Positions 1 through 12,559 of a DNA stretch of 64,000 nucleotides are shown piece by piece (within the stretch, counting starts at the first letter, position 1; each line of letters begins with the position of its first letter). Source of the DNA: Octopus sinensis (Eukaryota); assembly GCF_006345805.1 (NCBI RefSeq), contig NC_043008.1, forward strand, positions 64,046,001 to 64,110,000. Reading direction: 5' to 3'. Below the pieces are notes generated by a model that saw only the letters and a program-made list of their open reading frames with translations, searched no databases and was not told where the DNA came from. The position numbers and the translations under genes are program-made.

Positions 1-199
1 ATATGTATATATGTATGTATGTGTATATATATATATATATATACATGAATAAATGTGGCCAACAAACATTCATAGACATACGTATCTCTTACTTCTTCTC
101 TCTCCATCTCTTACCTACTGACACACTCTCACACATACATATATAAAGATTCAAATAAATGACATTTGGTAAATGAAAACTTGATGTTTCTTTTGTCAG

Positions 200-316
200 C
201 TTTATTTGTACGAGACTCCAACCTCTGTATATGTCAACAATTTTGATAAATTTGATATGGAACAACAGAGAGAAAGAATGAAGAAGGAAAACAAAGAAGT
301 GATCGGATGTAATTAA
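200..316 (+). CDS. Candidate isolated exon of an unidentified host gene (LYLYETPTSVYVNNFDKFDMEQQRERMKKENKEVIG[CN*])
   Basis: Pyrimidine-rich acceptor (tgtttcttttgtcag|C200) and a stop-free, non-repetitive frame. It ends either at a possible donor after 308 (gtaatt) or at TAA 314-316. No family recognised. Confidence 0.3.
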   Translation, partial: LYLYETPTSVYVNNFDKFDMEQQRERMKKENKEVIGCN

Positions 317-569
317 ACAGGTGCTACAGACATAAAATGAAGAGTATGTCTTAAGACAAAGATTTCTATTTATTTGATGACAGTTATACAAATGGCTACT
401 TTAACAGAAATGGTCTAGACACTTATGTATTTACTCTGCTGGACATATCACTTGAAATACAAGTCAAAAGTAGTGTGTATTGATGTAGAAACAATATCTA
501 GAAACAAAAATGAACAATAATCTCATGATGTTGCGATGAGTTTTCTGATTTCTTTTATTCTTAATAATA

Positions 570-600
<31 letters not shown>

Positions 601-812
601 CGACAGCGATGACGGCGATAATAATAATAATGATAACGATTTCAAATTTTGGCACAAAACCAGCCATTCATTGACCCCACCCCATCACCCAACTCAGAAT
701 CCCTCAGAATAGCAAAGTCAGCTTCGGCAGAATATGAACTCAAAGGAAAGACGGATAAAATGCCATTCAGCATTTTTCCTAGCATGCTAACGATTCTGCC
801 AGTTCACTGCCC

Positions 813-845
<33 letters not shown>

Positions 846-847
<2 letters not shown>

Positions 848-1496
848 CTCTGATGCAGTATCAGGTACTGGCTCTCATGGCTTCTGATCTTAACTGATTG
901 GAAGTGTTATCATGTACATGTTTCCCCTAGTGTAGCTAGAATGTGTGCCGACCCCAGACCCCACAAAAAACACATCATGATGAAAAGTGTTGCCCCATTA
1001 AGAGTGCTGCCTGGGACAGACTGCCCCTATCGCCTCACTCCCATCCCTAGCTATGTTAGTGCAAGTTTTGGCTTGGCATAAAAAATGGGCTACAGCAAAT
1101 AGTCAGCTCAATCCCATAGATTTGATTCTCATTCATTTGACCTTAACCAGTTGTGCATGTCCTTTAGTGACTGATATTACATGCATCTCTAATCATGAGC
1201 AGGAGTAGTTGGTGGGAGCATCATAACCATGTATTGAGTGGAATTCTTTGGAGTCTGAATAATTCCCCACTGGAAACATAGTTGTTTCATTCAACATCCT
1301 TAAACAACCATTATTCAGGGGCCTTTTAAATTTGATGAGCATCTCAACTTGAAGAAAATTCTGAGCTCCACCTGCAAGTTCATGCACTGTTTATCTTGAT
1401 ATGTGATCCCCATGTCATGCACATATGGTTGTGATGCATGTACCTGGTGTACTCTTATCAGATAGGTAGTCATATGGGTTAATTACGCTTTGTATA
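846..1496 (+). mobile_element. Unclassified ~560-bp interspersed repeat (family D), copy 1, with a ~130-bp MITE-like insert at ~928-1060
   Basis: Aligns by eye with copies at 5981, 15584 and 55249. The insert is bounded by decayed inverted ends (tagtgtagctag ... ctagctatgttagtg). Confidence 0.75.
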
Positions 1497-1751
1497 TCTG
1501 TACCTCCTTTGTCTGTCCTTGTTTGTCCTCTCTGTATTTAGCCCCTTGTGGGTAGTAAAGAAATAGGTATTTTGTCGGTTGTTATTTTCTGAGTTCAAAT
1601 TTCGCCGAGGTCAACTTTGCCTTTCATCCTCTCGGGGTCGATAAATTAAGTACCAGTTACGCACCAGGGTCAATGTAATCGACTTAATCCCTTTGTCCTT
1701 GTTTGTCCCCTCTATGTTTAGTACCCTGTGGGCAATAAAGAAATATGACAT

Positions 1752-2105
1752 ACAAATGGCATAGTCTTTCTTGCAGAATCAGAAAAGGAATTACAGAGAC
1801 TTCTGGTGGTTATTGTCAGAGAAAGTGAAAGGAAGAGTCTGTTCCTAAGTTGCCAGATGACAGAGTGAATGGTGATGACAAAGAAGGGAGACCCAAAGTG
1901 CCTGCTGAAAGTGAAGAACCAAATCATAAAGCAACTACCATTCTTCAACTGTCTTTGAATTTTGATCAAAGAAGACACAAGACGTGTGAAGGAGATCAAA
2001 AGACAAATAGTGCTGATAAAATCTGCATTCTCAGAATTGTATAACATCTTGAAAGAATATATTCTGAGCATCAAGACCAAGATCTGTATATTGAACTGCT
2101 CTGGA
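1752..2105 (+). mobile_element. RTE-clade LINE reverse-transcriptase C-terminal fossil
   Basis: Translates to TNGIVFLAESEKELQRLL...E*MVMTKKGDPKCLLKVKNQIIKQLPFFNCL*ILIKEDTRRVKEIKRQIVLIKSAF...LSIKTKICILNC. This matches the RTE pattern (YADD)IVLLAESEEELQ...EIKRRIAMAKxAF...LSxKTKIRILxC, with internal stops. Confidence 0.8.
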
Positions 2106-2246
2106 CTTATTTTTTTAAGCCTAGTACTTATTCTATCATAGTCTTTTGCCAGCTGCTAAGTTATAGGGATATAAACACACAAACACTGGTTGTCAACGGT
2201 GATGGAGGGACAAATACAGACACACAAACATGCATAGATACAGACA

Positions 2247-2295
<49 letters not shown>

Positions 2296-3114
2296 CTTCT
2301 TTCAGTTTCTGTCTACCAAATCTACTCACAATGCTTTAGTCGGCCCAAGGTTATAGTAAGAGACACTTGCCTAAGTTGCTGTGCAGTAGGATAGAACCAT
2401 ATGGTTGAGAAGCAAGCTTCTTACCACACAGCCATATATATCTATGTGTGTGCGTATTTATGTCTGTGTTTGTCCCTCTCCGCCACTTGACACTCAGCAT
2501 TGGTGTGTTTATGTCCCGATGACTTAGCAGTTCAACAAAAAGCGAACGATAAAATAAGTACCAGGTTTGAAAAAACAAAAAGTCCTTTCAAGGCTGTGCC
2601 CCAGCATGGCCACAGTCAAATGACTGAAACAAGTGAAAGATAATAGATAAATGATAAAAGATATATATAAGGGGCTTACTTCAGTTTCTATTTACTAAAC
2701 CCCTCTTAAATCTTTGGCTGACCCAGGGCTATAATAGAAGATATTTACCTTGAGGGTGACAGTGTATGTTTGAAGCAAACTCCTCAGCCATGTATAATAA
2801 CCCTTTCTATTATAGGCACAAGACCTGAAATTTTATGGTAGGGGGACTAGTTGATTACATCGACCCCAGTGTTTCACTGGTACTGAATTTATCAATACCA
2901 AAAGGATGAAAGGCAAAGTCAACTGTGGTGAAATTTGAACTCAGAATGTTGTGATGGGTGAAATACCATTAAGCCTTCTGTCCAGCATGCTAACAATTTT
3001 TATTTTTTTACTGCCTACAAGGGGCTACACACAGAGGGGACAAATTCTGCCAGCTTGCCACCTACTGCCATGTATAATAATAGTAATAAAGATGATGAAT
3101 ATGACAATACTGAT

Positions 3115-3115
<1 letters not shown>

Positions 3116-3186
<71 letters not shown>

Positions 3187-3218
3187 CAGTAGTAGCAGTA
3201 GTAGCAGCTGCAGCAGCA
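3116..3218. repeat. (TAG)n/(CAG)n microsatellite
   Basis: Directly visible; source of the poly-Ser and poly-Leu ORFs. Confidence 0.95.
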
Positions 3219-3774
3219 GGAAGAAGAGGTGGAGATGGAGAATGGTAATGGTGATGATGATGATGATCATGATGATTTCTAATACAGGCACTAGGCTATC
3301 AGTTTTGAGGGGAGTGGGGTTAGTTGCCTGTAGCTACTTGAGTACTTGATCAGCCAACCCTTTATTTTATTGACCCACCCACCACCACCACCACCACCAG
3401 GTAGATGTAAGGTAAATTTGACCTTGGGTAGACCTGAACTCAGAAAGTAAATATCACAAGAAATTCTACAAAACATATTTTCCAATACCCTAACTTTTTA
3501 TCCTTTAATTCTTCTTCTTCTTCTTCTTCTTCTTCTTCTTTTTCTTCTTCTTCCTTCACTAATATGATGATGGTGGTGGTGGTGGTGATAATGGTAATGA
3601 TAAACTAACATTAAACAAACACTTAAATAGTCTCTAAACAACATACAGCTGTTTGCATAATCATAACATGCTCCAAGATAAATTCTATTTTATTAAAGAG
3701 TGATATATTCTAGGTAACAGAATTACAGCAATCAACTCAGTTACACACATACTTATATATTACATGTGTGTGTA

Positions 3775-3808
<34 letters not shown>

Positions 3809-3902
3809 CATATGATATATACATGTATATATATAATATATGTATGTGCCAAGCCACTGATATAATCATTTTTTGATTATATTCTTATTTTATAAATATG
3901 TA

Positions 3903-3941
<39 letters not shown>

Positions 3942-4048
3942 ATATATGTATATATATATATATATGCTATATAGGTATATGTTGATTCGTTAGCTACTGC
4001 ACGCATTTTTTTTCTCTCCTTCTTTCTGTGTTTTTCTCTCTCTGTGTA

Positions 4049-4086
4049 TCTTTCTGTTGAAGAGCGTAGGCTCGAAACGTTAAAGA
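4049..4086 (+). ncRNA. Minimal type I hammerhead-like motif (core variant CUGUUGA) in a Penelope-type pLTR fragment (~3990-4175)
   Basis: Stem I UCUUU/AAAGA; CUGUUGA-A; stem II GAGC-guag-GCUC; GAAA; C-G-U-U cleavage region with a loopless stem III. Confidence 0.65.
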
Positions 4087-4181
4087 CTTGTTTATTTATA
4101 TTTCCTGAGCGCCATACTAATACAATTGTTCGTTTGTTTTCCACCTGCCTTCGTCTTTTGTTTATTTTCATAAGCTTCCCG

Positions 4182-4224
<43 letters not shown>

Positions 4225-4989
4225 GATAGATAGGTAGACCGACAGACAGACAGACAGATAGATAGATAAGTGTATATATATATATATATATGTGTGTGTG
4301 TATATCTATATATACATCTGTATATATGCATATATACATATAGATAGATACATGTATGTGAATATATATGATATATGGTGTGTGTGTATGTGTGTGTGTG
4401 CGTGTGTGTGCACGTGTGTGTGTGTCTGTATGCATGTACACATGCACGATATATAAGTATGCATATATATGTTCAGCGATTTCTTTTCCTCTGTTATGCT
4501 AACTTCAATTTCAAATAGTTGTGGAATATATATGTTAATTGCAGCCTGGAAGTAAGTTAGACTTCTTATGTGAGCAGAAAATAAGTAAACTCAATATATA
4601 TATTAACACATATATTTAGACTAAGAATGATATATCTCTTTATAATAGGCTTGAAAAACAAATAAACTATAATAGTATAATCACGGCCATTGCAATATTA
4701 ATCCATCTGGTTCTACACAAAGTCAAACTTTCTTCTGGGGTACAATTAACATATATTTTCCATAACCTTTTGTGGATACAGTTTAACGTAACACAGAAAA
4801 CAAAAATGCTAACTGTATATCCATATATATATATATTACAAACACACACACACACACACAATATACGTATACGTATTTATATATGTATATATATACGTAT
4901 ACAGAGGGAGACACAAATATATATATATATATATAAATTAGAAAAAAAAACACCTTTTATCAATTTGTAAGTTTGGAATAATATTCCCT

Positions 4990-5026
<37 letters not shown>

Positions 5027-5059
5027 TATATATATTTATATATACATGCACACACACAG

Positions 5060-5330
5060 ATATGGTGATTGCTCCATCTTCCCAGATGACTGCTGTCTCT
5101 TTTTGTTTCCTTATTGTCAGTGGTATTTCAGACTTTCCATCCATGACCTCTCAGATGGCCATCCAGTCCCACTGCAGATCTCCATAGCAGTGTGCTTCCA
5201 TCTAGTTAAGTCTACACTTATTGCTACTCATCCATTGTCAGAAGAATTTCTGTTTATGGAATGAAAAATGAAGTTCCATGAAAAGATGTTCTGTACGTCA
5301 GAAGATTATATGGATAAACACTTGTACAGC
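5060..5330 (-). mobile_element. Highly decayed RTE-like endonuclease N-terminal fragment
   Basis: Minus frame gives SWNF...QWDWMAI*EVMDGKSE, loosely matching TWNVR...KWDIIGLSEVRWTGxGE. Confidence 0.3.
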
Positions 5331-5780
5331 ATGAGTACCACTCCACAAGGTTTCTATGATTAATACCTAGTGACAAGCCAATTTGAGATAATCCTTAATT
5401 ATGTGAAACTGCAGATTTTACATCAGTTTGTCCTTCTCCTAGAAGGATGCTGAGTGACAATATCTAAGGGATACTCACTGCTGGTGGTTTTAACTGGATA
5501 GGAACTGACTCTCCTGAGTTCATCTGCTCTTTGAGAGGTTTTGTTTCTCATCCTACAAAGTGTCTGAAAACCAGCAGTGGCAGCAGTTTCACCTCCTCTT
5601 TTTTCTGAATTTTCTTTGTCATAATTATCTCATTCACTTTCAATTTGTTGACATTGGATGAACAGGATGCTTTTCCTGATGCCAACTCTTATTTCTGAGT
5701 GAAGTACTTTACAGTTCTATATTTAAGAGTTGAGGAATTATGTACATTATTTACATTAACTTAACTACTATGCCATATGC

Positions 5781-5817
<37 letters not shown>

Positions 5818-5869
5818 TATTATTATTATTATTATTATTATAATAATAATAACAATAACAACAACAACA

Positions 5870-5924
<55 letters not shown>

Positions 5925-5980
5925 TAATAATAATAATAGTAATAATAATAATAAATGATAAATAATAATAGTAATAATAA

Positions 5981-6535
5981 ATACCCTAATTCAGTACCAG
6001 ACAGTGGCTCTAATGGCTTCTGATCTTAACTGATTGGAAGTGTCATCATGTACATTGAATTGTCTTGGTATAAAGGACGGGCTACAGCAAATATTCTGCC
6101 TAATACCACAGATTTGCTTGTCAGTTGCTTGACCATAACCAGTTGAGCATGTCCCTTATTGGCTGACGATAAGTGCATTTCTGATCATGAGCAGAAGTAA
6201 TGGGGGAGCATCATAGCCATGTGTTGAGAGGGATTCTTTGGGGTTTGAATAATTCACCTCTGGAAACCTGGGTGTTTCGTTCAACATCCTTAACAATCCT
6301 TATTCAGGGACCTTTTGAGCAGGATGGGTTACTCGACCAGAAGAAAATTCTAAGTGGGCCCCACCTGCAAGGTCATGTGCTGTTTATCTTGATATGAGAT
6401 CACCATGTCACGCACATATAGTTGTGATGCATATGCCTGATGTAACCATATCAGACGGGTAGTCATGATGGGTATACTGGGCTTCGTATTTTTTACCCCA
6501 GTGTCACTTTGATGGCATGCACTGGTCTCTCACTC
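5981..6535 (+). mobile_element. Family D repeat, full-length copy embedded in (AAT)n
   Basis: Shared sequence with the other copies; flanked on both sides by (AAT)n arrays (5780-5980 and 6536-6720). Confidence 0.85.
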
Positions 6536-6578
6536 AATAATAATAATAATAATAATAATGATGATGATGATGATGATG

Positions 6579-6627
<49 letters not shown>

Positions 6628-6683
6628 CAATAATAATAATAATAATAACAATAATAATGATAATAATAATAATAATAATAATA

Positions 6684-6718
<35 letters not shown>

Positions 6719-6765
6719 TTGAAAAATACCTTAGGAATGAGAACCCAGGTTCGAAATTTCCCCAA

Positions 6766-6811
6766 AACACCTGATGAAGGCTGGAGGGTATATCACCTGA
6801 AACGTTGTGTT
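6766..6811 (+). ncRNA. Minimal type I hammerhead motif in a headless copy (6715-6868) of the tRNA-HHR SINE
   Basis: AACAC-CUGAUGA-A-GGCUG[gagggtatat]CACCU-GAAA-C-GUU^GUGUU. Stem I pairs 5/5; stem II has one mismatch and one G.U. Confidence 0.7.
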
Positions 6812-7952
6812 AACAACAAACAAAATGAGGACAAATATCTGTGAAATGAAAATAATGTAAATAATGAGGTACTTTATTCCAAAATTTCATATGACACTAT
6901 TGGAGGATTCTGTGTGTGTGTGTGTGTGTATGAACCAGAAACAATGTCAGAACTGTCAATACGGTGTCAAATGAAAGATTAAGATTGGCACACAGATAAA
7001 GACATGCATGCATATTTCATCCAATACCAATCAAGTATATTTCCTGTGGCGATTATGACAATGCCAAGAATGGCGATGATAACTTTGACATGAACTATGA
7101 TCATAATGTTTCAATAATTCATAAACAATCTGGCACCTTCTGCAATTAAAATATTTTCTCACACTGGCACAAGACCATCATAACTAATTGATTTAACAGA
7201 TACAGAATTGAATCAAACCCACTCACCATTTCGTGGTGCATATTTCTTGAGTTGCTAGGAAAGGAAATATAAATTCGACTATGGCAGGTCTTCAATTACC
7301 ATCAATCATTGGTAATTTAGGTACAGTGCCTGCAGTTTTAAGGAGAGGGATTTAATGGTCATTGACACAATACTTGAGTAACACTTTTAATGATCTCAAA
7401 GGATAAAAAGCAAAGCTGACCTCTGCAGGATTTGAACTGATGTAAAAAGCTTAAATAAATGCAGCAAAGTATTTTTTCAGATAGTCCAACAATTTTGCCA
7501 GTTCACATCTTTCAGGTCTTTAGTAATTATTCTTTAGAATTTTGGCACAAGGTCACGAGGGGAAGCAGCAACTCAGTTACATCAATCCCAGTGCTCAATG
7601 GGTACTTACTCTGTTACTTGTTTCAGTCATTTGACTGCGGCAATGCTGGAGCACTGCCTTTAGTCGATAAAATCGACCCCAGGGCTTATTCTTTGTAAGC
7701 CTAGTACTTATTCTATCGGTCTCTTTTGCTGAAAGGCTAAGTTACATGTACGTAAACACACCAGCGTCACTGTTGGGGCAGACACACATAGACACACAAA
7801 CATATACACACACATACATACATATATATATATATACATATATATATGCGACGGGCTTCTTTCAGTTTCTGTCTACCAAATCCACTCACAAGGCTTTGGT
7901 CAGCCCAAGGCTACAGTAGAAGACACTAAGAGAAGGAAGCACAAACACACAT

Positions 7953-7987
<35 letters not shown>

Positions 7988-8374
7988 CGTGTTTTCTTGC
8001 AACTGATCGCTCAAATATACCTACGATTGGCTTCTTTCAGTTTCCTTCTACCAAATTACTTACAAGGCCTTAGTTGGAGGTTCAGGTTCAGCCAGAGCTT
8101 TAGTAGAAGATACCTGCTCATGATCTTAAAAATCATCTTTGAAATTTCATACTTCATAGTATAAAGGCTGCTAAAAGCTACTCAGACAAAATAATTTTTC
8201 ATGACAGTGAAAAGAAAATAAAGGGTGAAATTATGAATGTTGTACAATAAATATTTTGTTTTGCTTTTTGAAGGAAAAACAATATTACCAAAATAGAATT
8301 TATAAGAAAATATTTAAAGAAACAGCTTGAGTAAGCTGCAGGAACAAACACACACACACAAACTTATACACACG

Positions 8375-8427
<53 letters not shown>

Positions 8428-8433
<6 letters not shown>

Positions 8434-8559
8434 TTTATAGAAGGAGCTTCTACAGGACTAGAACTGTTTCATTCAAATGAAATCATCAGGAAGCTTCCTG
8501 ATGATTTCATTTGAATGAAACAGTTCTAGTCCTGTAGAAGCTCCTTCTATAAAATAAAT
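8428..8559. repeat. Perfect 132-bp spacerless palindrome centred on AAGCTT, carrying a hammerhead-like motif on each strand
   Basis: Position p pairs with 16987-p across 8428-8559. Plus-strand motif 8492-8542: AGCUUC-CUGAUGA-(uuucauuugaau)-GAAA-CAG-uucuaguc-CUG-UA^GAAGCU. Confidence 0.9.
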
Positions 8560-8624
8560 TAATTTACTCTGCCATGTATTGAGTACCTTATTTACTGTGG
8601 TTAACCCCAACTCAACCCGGAACC

Positions 8625-8667
<43 letters not shown>

Positions 8668-8905
8668 GACTGGCTTCTTTCAGTTTCCATCTACCAAATC
8701 CACTCACAAGGCTTTGGTAAGCCCGAGGCTATAGTAGAAGACACTTGCCCAAGGTGCCACACAGTGGGACTGAACCTGGAACTATTTTGTTGGTAAGCAA
8801 GCTACTTACCACACAGCCACTCCTCCTACTTATTTACATTATTTACATTTGACGGATATTGTCCTCATCTTGTTTGTTGTTAACACACTATGCCATATGA
8901 CCACA

Positions 8906-9185
8906 GGCATATGGCATAGTGGTTAAGAGCGTAGGCTACTAACCCCAAGATTCCGAATTCGATTCGACGCAGTGACCTGAATTATAATAATAATGATAAT
9001 AATAACATTGAAAAATACCTTAGGAATAAGAGTCACAGGTTCGAAATTTCCCCAAGACATCTGCTGAAGGCTGGAGGGTATATCAGTCGAAACGTATTAA
9101 CAACAAACAAGATGAGGACAAATATCTGCCAAATGTAAATAATGTAAATAATGTACATGATTCCTCATTTCTTAGATATAGAACT
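8906..9185 (+). mobile_element. tRNA-derived SINE with an internal (AAT)n and a hammerhead-containing 3' body
   Basis: A box TGGCATAGTGG (8912-8922), B-box-like GAATTCGATTC (8955-8965), degenerate HHR at 9056-9096. An inverted copy of its own 3' tail lies at ~8828-8887. Confidence 0.8.
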
Positions 9186-12100
9186 AGGTACTTATTTTAT
9201 TGACCTCAAAAGGAGGAATGGTAAAGGCAGAAGTGTTACTAATCATCATGTCTGATACCCTAATGATTCTGCCAACTCATTGTTCTCAGTTTTTCAGTAA
9301 TCAGGGTAAAATTTAAAGATCCACTTTGGTCATGAATGACCATGGGACTGCACTTACAAAGTGCCCCCCTGAGGCACAAGTTTGGGCAAGATTGATTACG
9401 GAAGACCAACAGTCATGTATGCATCTTCCTATCCAAGGGAAAGGCAGAACTGATACAGTTTGGTTCCAGAAATATCATAACTCATTTCTACAGCTGAATG
9501 AACTGGAGCAACGTGAAATAAAGTGTCTTGCTCAAGAACACAACACACTGCCCGATCTGGAAATTGAACCCACTACCTCGTGATTGTGAGCCAGATGCTC
9601 TAACCACTGAACCATGCACCTTCACTTTCAGTAGTTAGTAAAATATATAACTGCTTATCATTTATCACCTATCCTTGGCCATGTTCAGTATCCTGAGGAG
9701 GAATTAGCCACTGCCAAAAGTCAAATTGTTTGGGGATAATTTATTAATATATTAAGAGATACAGAACACATTTACCTTTTTAATACTAACATGTCTGTGA
9801 CTGCTTCTAATTCTAGCATAAAAAATTCCTGTTTAAAGTGAAAATTTTCTATCAAAACTTAACATCAATTTATGTTCTAAACAATAGCTTAATAATGACA
9901 CAAAGTTATTTTACTGAGTTCGTCATTATTTTGAAATTAATTGGAACAAGACAGTGTATTTCAACATAAATATGGCAATAAAAGTGCTATATTATGTATC
10001 TGAGGGAGACTAATGGAAAACAGAATTGGTAGAGTGCCCGGTCAGCTTGTACAACTTATGTTAGAAACCAATATTGCATGCATGTATGATAATGAGAAAG
10101 AAGAGCAATCAGAGACAGAAAGAGAGAGACAGAGACAGAGAGATTACAGTAGAAATCTATCCATTGACTGAAATATTCCTTGATTTATGAACAAATATAG
10201 AGGTTTGATCTAAGACTTTCAGAAACAGTACCATGCTGACAGTGTCCAAGGGAATTCCATCATTACTGGACTGATTTATTGTAGTGCTAAGATAAGTTGA
10301 AAGGAAAACTTAAGTGATGTGTCTGCTAGTGTCAGAAGATTCTTTAATTCTTTGGTTTTAACTCTTTCTGCTCACCATCCAATTATCTTTGTCTTCATGT
10401 CTCCTACTGACTGCCAATCAGATTTTGACAAAGCTCATCTGCCATAACATGATAAGTTATCCTAATGTGCTGCTAACTGGTTAAGTTCTAATTAGTTAGA
10501 TGTATATCTGAAGTCAATATGTGCAATTGGCTTCAATACTGACATTGCAGAATATACTCAGAACATTTAACACAAACACTTTTATAGTGCTTATCTTGAA
10601 ACATTTGTTGTTGCCATTGTACAATATATACATACAAACACGTACACAGAGATGCACACATGCATACATGCAAGCACAGCAGAATACATTTACACAAACA
10701 TACACACAGACACACACACACAGACATATACAGAGATATCTAGACACATGCACATACACACACACATACAAATAAGTACAGTACAACAAGCACCTACCAT
10801 ATGTTCAAAACACATGCAATGACACACGTATATATAAATACTGCACTAACATACACACCATACATACATAACACATAATCACAACAAAACATATTCACAC
10901 CATATAAACAACACATACACACACACAGAGCCAGGAGAGAGATTAAGCAAGTTTATTTTACTACACTTATCTCTCCCCCTAAATCCCCTTTAGCAACAAT
11001 GATAGAAGAAAATATATATATACTAAGACAAAACTATAAATATATATATCATATAAATATATAGCAAATACAGACTAAGAAATTTAAATTAACTTACGAT
11101 AGTATTCATTATTTACAATTCATTTTAAAAAGTGATCGTCAAATATCTTGAAAGGGGGTTCAGAAAAGTAACTTTCAACTTCTGGCATTATCCTTTAAGT
11201 GCCAAAATTTTATCTTTATATCCTGAAATTTACAGAAGACATACCAATAAATAAATATAAATAAAATATTGCATTTTTCTTAAACCAGTAAATCAAGTGT
11301 TATCATTTTTTTTAGCTTTGTTTTTTGAGTAGCCCATTTTCTAAAAAAAAAAAGAATTAAAGTTTCAAAAAGATTATAAGTTTGAACGACATGCCAAGAG
11401 TTGAAGAATATTAGTTTAAAAAAAATTAAATTATTTCCATTTAAAATAAAATTCCTGAGGGGATATTTTCAGTAATTTTTCTCAACAAATATTAATTTGT
11501 CTTTCTGAAAAGACATTTTTATTTTCTTCCTTTAATGCTAAAATATTTTATATAAAAGCACATAAATATTAACAACATAAAAAATTTAGGCACAAGGCTA
11601 AAAAAATGTTAATAGCATATGAATTAACTGAGAAGTTTTAGTGTGTTGTTTAACTGTCTGCAATGGTGCATTAACATTATTTATTAACAAAATACTGTCA
11701 GAATAGAACTTTATAGTTTCTTAAAGCCATTTAAATGCTTATCCTTAAAAGGAAATATTTACAATCAGTTATTTTTTTTTTCTCTTTAATACTTTACATA
11801 AGAGTGACATGCATGTCTTATTTTGTATTGTATTATTAGTGCTAATATTAAGGCAGTGAGCTGGCAGAATAATTAGCACACCAGACAAAATGATTAGCAG
11901 CTTTTCATCCACCTTTATGTTCTGAGTTCAAATTCCAGCAAGGTCATCTTTGGTTTTCATTGTTTTGAGGTTGATAAAATAAATACTCCTTGAGCACTGG
12001 GATCGATGTAATCGACTTACCCGACCCTGAAATTGATGGCCTTGTGCCAAAGTTTAAAACAAATACACTTATGCACATATAGAAATACCCATATGATTAC

Positions 12101-12326
12101 TTATGTATATATAGCAATACACATAGATGCATACATATACATCCATATATATACATATGGATATGGAGACTTCCATAGACACGTTTGTACAGATACATAT
12201 ACATGCATATACACATATGCATACAAATATATATATATATGTATATATATATATATCCACACACACATACATATATACACACATATACACATAAATACAA
12301 ATCCACATATATAAATGCATATAGAT

Positions 12327-12357
<31 letters not shown>

Positions 12358-12363
12358 CACACA

Positions 12364-12413
<50 letters not shown>

Positions 12414-12559
12414 TAAACACATACATATGCATAACAACATATAGATAGCATCAGATAAATACAATCAACATATACCCATGTATACAAATATATATATGCA
12501 TATACACAAATATATGGTTATTCATATATATATATGTACATGGAAACATAAATGGATAC

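Noticed and set aside
8906-8975. Genuine tRNA gene
   Set aside because: No complete acceptor stem or terminator; it continues into the shared SINE body.
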